A DNA stretch of 64,000 nucleotides from Octopus bimaculoides (taxonomy: Eukaryota), in assembly GCF_001194135.2 (NCBI RefSeq), contig NC_068987.1, forward strand, positions 24,603,517-24,667,516. Reading direction: 5' to 3'. Below the pieces are notes generated by a model. That model made no database searches, was not told the origin of the DNA, and saw nothing but the letters and a program-made list of their open reading frames with translations. Made by a program: the position numbers and the translations under genes. Numbering within the stretch: the stretch's first letter is position 1; the number at the start of each line of letters is the position of its first letter. Shown piece by piece: positions 11,381 to 64,000 of the stretch.

Positions 11381-12258
11381 GGTGGCTCAAAAGTTACGAA
11401 GGAGTTTCACTATTTAATAACTTTTAAAATAATTATCTAATTTTTATTTTATTTCAGATTTATATAAAGAGGGACTTAAAATTTAAGCATGGAAAAGTAC
11501 ACTACTGAACAGCAAACACATATTGTGCAATTTTATTACCAAAACCAAGGATCAATAATTCAGACTCAATGAGCATATTGTCGTCATTATGGAGCAATGA
11601 ATTGTCTAAGTGAATCAATGGTCATTTTGAGGATGAAGGATCAGTAAGTGACCTTCCAACAATAGGTATGGGATGACTTTAGAAAAAGTGATAGGACATT
11701 ATTTCTTTGAAAATAAGGTTTGGAGACATTGTTACTGTCACTGGAGATGTATACTGCTCCATGATCCAGAATTTCTTACCTCTAGAGGTTCAAGATATGC
11801 CTGGTGTGTGGTTTTAACGGGATGGAGCCGCAGCTCACACAGCAAGGAACACAAATGGAAATGCTCAGGCAAATTTCTGATAGAAAATTAATTTCTTGAT
11901 TTTCAGAAATAAATTGGCCATCTTGTTCTCCAGATTTAACCACTCCAGACTTTTTTTCTATGGGGATATTTTAATGAAAAAGTTTATGTCAACAAGCCTC
12001 AAACAATTTCAGATCTGAAAAATAACATTATTAGATCACTGCAGCTAGAGATATTAAGGGTTGTTATGGAAAACACCTTAGGAAGAGCACGTTTATGTGA
12101 ATTGGATGCCATTTAAAAGATGTCATCTTTCACATCTAGGGGAAATAAATCTCATATCCTTTTTCTATAACTTACCTACTACAAGATCACAATTTTTTTA
12201 AACAAAATAAACGAGATATTAAATATTGAAACATCTTCGTGACTTCTGGGCCAGCCTG
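11378..12258 (+). mobile_element. Internally deleted Tc1/mariner-superfamily element (DDxD type, rosa/DD41D-like)
   Basis: TIRs CAGGGTGGCTCAAAAGTTACGAAG and (rc) CAGGCTGGCCCAGAAGTCACGAAG. Relic peptides MEKYTTEQQTHIVQFYYQNQGS, DGAAAHTAR, NWPSCSPDLTTPDFF. Confidence 0.85.
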
Positions 12259-12272
12259 TGTGTGTGTGTGTG

Positions 12273-12323
<51 letters not shown>

Positions 12324-13439
12324 NNNNNNNNNNNNNNNNNNNNNNNNNNNNNNNNNNNNNNNNNNNNNNNNNNNNNNNNNNNNNNNNNNNNNNNNNNNNN
12401 NNNNNNNNNNNNNNNNNNNNNNNNNNNNNNNNNNNNNNNNNNNNNNNNNNNNNNNNNNNNNNNNNNNNNNNNNNNNNNNNNNNNNNNNNNNNNNNNNNNN
12501 NNNNNNNNNNNNNNNNNNNNNNNNNNNNNNNNNNNNNNNNNNNNNNNNNNNNNNNNNNNNNNNNNNNNNNNNNNNNNNNNNNNNNNNNNNNNNNNNNNNN
12601 NNNNNNNNNNNNNNNNNNNNNNNNNNNNNNNNNNNNNNNNNNNNNNNNNNNNNNNNNNNNNNNNNNNNNNNNNNNNNNNNNNNNNNNNNNNNNNNNNNNN
12701 NNNNNNNNNNNNNNNNNNNNNNNNNNNNNNNNNNNNNNNNNNNNNNNNNNNNNNNNNNNNNNNNNNNNNNNNNNNNNNNNNNNNNNNNNNNNNNNNNNNN
12801 NNNNNNNNNNNNNNNNNNNNNNNNNNNNNNNNNNNNNNNNNNNNNNNNNNNNNNNNNNNNNNNNNNNNNNNNNNNNNNNNNNNNNNNNNNNNNNNNNNNN
12901 NNNNNNNNNNNNNNNNNNNNNNNNNNNNNNNNNNNNNNNNNNNNNNNNNNNNNNNNNNNNNNNNNNNNNNNNNNNNNNNNNNNNNNNNNNNNNNNNNNNN
13001 NNNNNNNNNNNNNNNNNNNNNNNNNNNNNNNNNNNNNNNNNNNNNNNNNNNNNNNNNNNNNNNNNNNNNNNNNNNNNNNNNNNNNNNNNNNNNNNNNNNN
13101 NNNNNNNNNNNNNNNNNNNNNNNNNNNNNNNNNNNNNNNNNNNNNNNNNNNNNNNNNNNNNNNNNNNNNNNNNNNNNNNNNNNNNNNNNNNNNNNNNNNN
13201 NNNNNNNNNNNNATATATATATATATATATATATATATAGTATATATGCACACATACATATACACACATATACACCCACACACACATATATAGTGTGTGT
13301 GTACGTGTGTGTGTGCATGCATATAACATGTTCAAGCTAGGTTTGATGACTTTCATGCCTTCTTTCAAGAACAGCCTCCTATAATGAATAGTCAACTGTG
13401 TTGGAGAGCATAAAGATGAAAGTTGTAGTTGAGAAAATG

Positions 13440-14207
13440 TTAGCTGACATGGAGCACTGGAAGCCATCTGAATATTGGAAAAGAGTTACCTGTATCATGA
13501 TGATTTGTGCTGTGTATCAAAATGCTGACATGATTGCTACGCATGCTCTGTGAGCACTGTAAAAGCTGTGAAGCATGACATGAACATCATGGAAACCAAG
13601 TTCTCACAATCTGTGATGGTCATTGAATATATCTTTAATGAGTGTGATGTTATGTTGTCCTGCATCTTTGAACAGTGCCTTTGGCTCAATTCAGATGGCT
13701 TTGTGAAGCTTCTGGAAACTCCTCAAACCCTACCTGGAGAGGGTTACTGTTAGGAGGTCATATGTATGGCAGCAGGATTCAGCTCCTTGCCATACCTTTG
13801 GGAAGTTTCAGAAGTGATTGTCTGAAAATTTCTATGGTCTTACCAGTCCCAATTTCTGGCCTCCTAATTCCTCCTGTTCTAATCCCATGGATTACTTATA
13901 TATATGGGGCATGGTTCAGAAGGACACCAATTGCTCTGCCTACAACACCAAGGCTGAGCTGGTGGCCAAGATCAAGGATGTGTTCAGAGATCTTTCTTGG
14001 AACACTGTGAGGAATGCATGCATCAGGTTCTGGAGTTGTCTTGAGGCTCCGGTGGAAGCTGAGGGAGACTACTTTGAGTAAATTGTTATCATCTAGCCAT
14101 AATCTAGTTGATATTTTTTGATTTTTAAAATCTATTTTATTTTTGGATGAGATATTATATTTTCTTTTTCTCTTATGTAAACTGTCAAATTTAGCCCAAA
14201 CACCCTG
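13440..14207 (+). mobile_element. maT (DD37D)-like transposon relic, 3' part with TIR
   Basis: TKFSQSVMV, RSYVWQQDSAPCHT, FWPPNSSCSNPMDYLYIWG...NTKAELVAKIKDVF...EAEGDYFE; ends ...caccctg followed by TA. Confidence 0.85.
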
Positions 14208-14293
14208 TATATATGTTTGTATCTACATGCACACACATTCATATGTCAACTTGCCATTGACTCACCTATGTGTTAGGCTGCTTTCTGTGATAA

Positions 14294-60557
<46,264 letters not shown>

Positions 60558-61496
60558 CTAAGAAAAACAGGAAAAGAAAAAAAAAGACAGTATATATCGA
60601 TAACAAATGTTATTTAATTAGATTAAGATATACTGATTTCTTACTTAAATACGCTATTTACACATTTACAGACGGGAATAATGGGAATGTGTGACATTCA
60701 TAGCTTTCACAAAGTCATTAGTCATGTCCAGCCCACAAAAAAAAAAGAAAAAAGAAAAAAAAACCTAATCGAAATTCATTCACGATCCTCAGTTAGACGT
60801 GGACATAAGCGTGGCTGTGTCGTTGGGAAGGTTGCATGGCAAATGCGGTTTCCAGGTTCGATCATACTACACAGTGCCACGGACATGTATCTTCTAGGGA
60901 TTAAAATTTAGTAGACGTTTATTATGCAGAAGTTTAAACTATGGAATCTACTTATTCAATCGTTATCTTATCCTTGTTTGGTTTTAGTGGAATCCATTTT
61001 TTACTGCTTAGTAAGGGAGGACGGGGTTGTTCTCATGACCCCTATTTTTCAGGAACTCCAAGAGTAGTGAAAGGAAGGAAGGAAGGAAGGAAGGAAGGCA
61101 TTTATCTCGAGACTGATGACTCAGCATAAGCACTTGCAACAGAGCGAACTCCACTAAAATCATTCAAGGATCAGGCGGCGGTGTTAAATCGGGCTACGGA
61201 TTACATCCAACAACCAAGAAGTCAGAACGTTATAAGGTGAAACAAACACTGCAAGGCATTTTATCCAACGTATTGATTTATTTTATGGATCCAGCAAAAG
61301 TTGACTTTAGCGATATACAGAGAACCAGAACTAAATACTGCAAGGAATTTTGCCTTGCGCTTTAACGACACACCAAATATTCAGACCAAGTTTCGGGTTT
61401 GACTAAATCGAGATTTTCTTCTCTTTTTTTTTCTTAGTTGTCTCGAGTGAAAAAAGTCATGGGCGTTGCTCTTTCTCCTTTGGTTATATCATAAAA

Positions 61497-61883
61497 GTGG
61501 AGGCGCAACGGCCCAGTGGTTAGGGCAGCGGACTCGCGGTCATAGGATCGCGGTTTCGATTCCCAGACTGGGCGTTGTGAGTGTTTATTGAGCGAAAACA
61601 CTTAAAGCTCCACGAGGGTCCGGCAGGGGATGGTGGCGAACCCTGCTGTACTCTTTCATCACAACTTTCTCTCACTCTAAATTCATGTTTCTGTTGTACC
61701 TGTAATTCAAAGGGCCAGCCTTGTCACACTGTGTTACGCTGAATATCCCCGAGAACTACGTTAAGGGTACACGTGTCTGTGGAGTGTCAGCCACTTGCAC
61801 TTTAATTTCACGAGCAGGCTGTTCCGTTGATCGGATCTACTGGAACCCTCCACGTCGAAAGCGACGGAGTGCCAACAACAACA
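61497..61883 (+). mobile_element. Full-length tRNA-headed SINE with 11-bp TSD
   Basis: A/B boxes and (CAA)n tail; atatcataaaa at 61486-61496 and 61884-61894. Confidence 0.9.
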
Positions 61884-62439
61884 ATATCATAAAAACAAAG
61901 GAGCGCCGAAATATTACATCTTAATCTACGCAAAAACAAGAATGTATTACTTTATTTGTTGCTGTTTAGAGTGTTATCTTTTTTGAGAACTGAAATAGGT
62001 TCTTTTTCGTCTGAAGCTTATAACTTCCTTAAGAATATTAACGGCAAAAGCGAAGTGAACTGAATCAGTCGTGATTAAAACCAGATTCAGTATATTTCAT
62101 TTGCCAATTGATTGATTCTTGCTGTACGGTTTCCCGATCTTCTTGTGGTCACGATCGAGATGCGTTTCACTACGCAGTGTCAGAAATCTTTGTTCTGTAA
62201 TAGATAGGTAGGTTTAAATTTCATGTGTATCTTTGCCAATAGTATCAATGTAGATGAATGCACTTCGTCCTGTATTTGGCAACGGAAGCCTCTTATACAA
62301 AACATTCGATAATAGTCAACAGCGAGGCCTACCTCTCGTCGAGCAACAATAGTAGATGCTGCTGTGTTTGTCACTCAAAAAAGAAAAACAAAAAACGAAC
62401 AAACAAAAAAACATTGATTTTTGCCTATTGGTACAAGGC

Positions 62440-62551
<112 letters not shown>

Positions 62552-62566
62552 TATATATGTATAAAG

Positions 62567-62664
62567 AAAGAAAAGGATAAAGAGACCAATGGCAAAGTTA
62601 GAATTATATTTTATCCATAAAATATAATTCTAACTTTGCCATTGGTCTCTTTATCCTTTTCTTT
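62567..62664. repeat. Perfect 48-bp-arm palindrome with 2-nt spacer
   Basis: 62567-62614 is the exact reverse complement of 62617-62664. Confidence 0.92.
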
Positions 62665-62817
62665 TTTTTATACATACACACGCTAATACACGACCTATGT
62701 TATATTCCTCACTCATGTTGCTACAACGAAAGGGGCAAAACTAGTCGGTATACAACACTTACTCGGTATTACCTGTATCTTTAGGGTTTGGTTAACTCCA
62801 ATACCCTTCATAACCTT

Positions 62818-62917
<100 letters not shown>

Positions 62918-63939
62918 GGAATAGTGGAAATTCAGTGACATCGACTTGAGTGAAGTCTGATACTTTATCAATCCTAGAGGGATGAACTGCAAAATCAACC
63001 TCAGCAAAATTTGGACACAAAAGATGGCAGAAACTAAATATTGCTTGGTTGGTGTTTAATCTAGATTCTATCATGTCTCTCACCTCAAGAAATTCAAAGA
63101 GAATGTATTAATTACTGAATTTGGTTGGACCCACTAGAAATAATCAAATTCTTCTTAAATTATGTCATACTGTCTTAAAAATGATAGGATACATTGGATA
63201 GTGTAAACCTTGACATTACACACTAAATAAGATTAAAGAATGAACATGGTTGCCATAAGTCTGTTCTACAAGAGCTGAAATGGAGCTCAGCAAAAAAAAA
63301 AAAAAAAAAAAAATCAATTAAAAAAAAATCAAATTAATTAAAAACCAAGCAAACACGATATGCATTTATATGAAAAGGATTTGTGACTGATGTGGGTCTT
63401 AGGTAAATGATTTCTAATGTGGAAAGAAGGCCACAGGCTTATTCTGGGGGCGGTGAAAAGGGGCTATAACCGGTACTTATTTTATTTTCACGTCTGAAAT
63501 AAAGGTGAGCCAGGTGACATCTGTATTTAAAAGTTAGGTCTATAAAGTCACCCAAAAAGACCTTAACTTGTCTCGAATTATCATCGAACACAAAAGCAAC
63601 TCATAATTTTAACTAAAATGTTCGCTACATTGAGAATGTTAATGCTCACTTTATACAACATAATAAATACTACAAACCACTTTATCTATTGCCTTATAGA
63701 TTCTGTCAATCTACTACTCTCAATTAATTAATTAGTTAACTAATTACGTACTAATATAACAAATGTTCCGATATGCAAATGAGTTAAATTGGTGCCTGTT
63801 ACTTATAGCATTTTTCATAAATGTTGTAGTCTACTTTCTCAAAGATGTGTCTCTTTACACAGAATGAGATTAAATGTATGTTTAAGGAACGTTCGCACGT
63901 GTACTTATTTATAAGTAATACATCGATTACAGAAAACAT

Positions 63940-64000
<61 letters not shown>

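Noticed and set aside
61100-61155. TCTCGAGA-CTGATGA-CTC...GAG-CGAAC as a type III hammerhead
   Set aside because: A15.1 is missing, there is no stem III complementarity, and it sits in a common repeat tail.

Overview
Eukaryotic, AT-rich, microsatellite- and transposon-dense DNA with many N gaps. The SINE/RTE repertoire and the (TA)n/(CA)n/(CAT)n load suggest an octopus (inference). Two host genes converge. The first is the last coding exon of a GH27 alpha-galactosidase/alpha-N-acetylgalactosaminidase (+, 1428-1703). The second is the 3' two-thirds of an ABCC5/MRP5-like ABC transporter (-), traced as 18 exons from 60557 to the stop at 14294. All splice phases are consistent except for one NBD1 exon that I could not find and predict to lie in a gap. 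The transporter carries an unusual ~150-aa Asn/Thr/Ser-rich extracellular insertion. Introns and the spacer hold Tc1/mariner, hAT- and piggyBac-like MITEs, RTE, R4-like and Tx1-like LINE relics and tRNA-headed SINEs. The most notable signal is a set of minimal type I hammerhead-ribozyme motifs. Two unrelated ~470-490 bp foldback elements (9671-10158, 33567-34032) each carry an outward-facing hammerhead in both arms, and a third, U3-A8 covariant motif lies at 3909-3955. In the intronic foldback, the hammerhead copy that would be sense in the ABCC pre-mRNA is the broken one.
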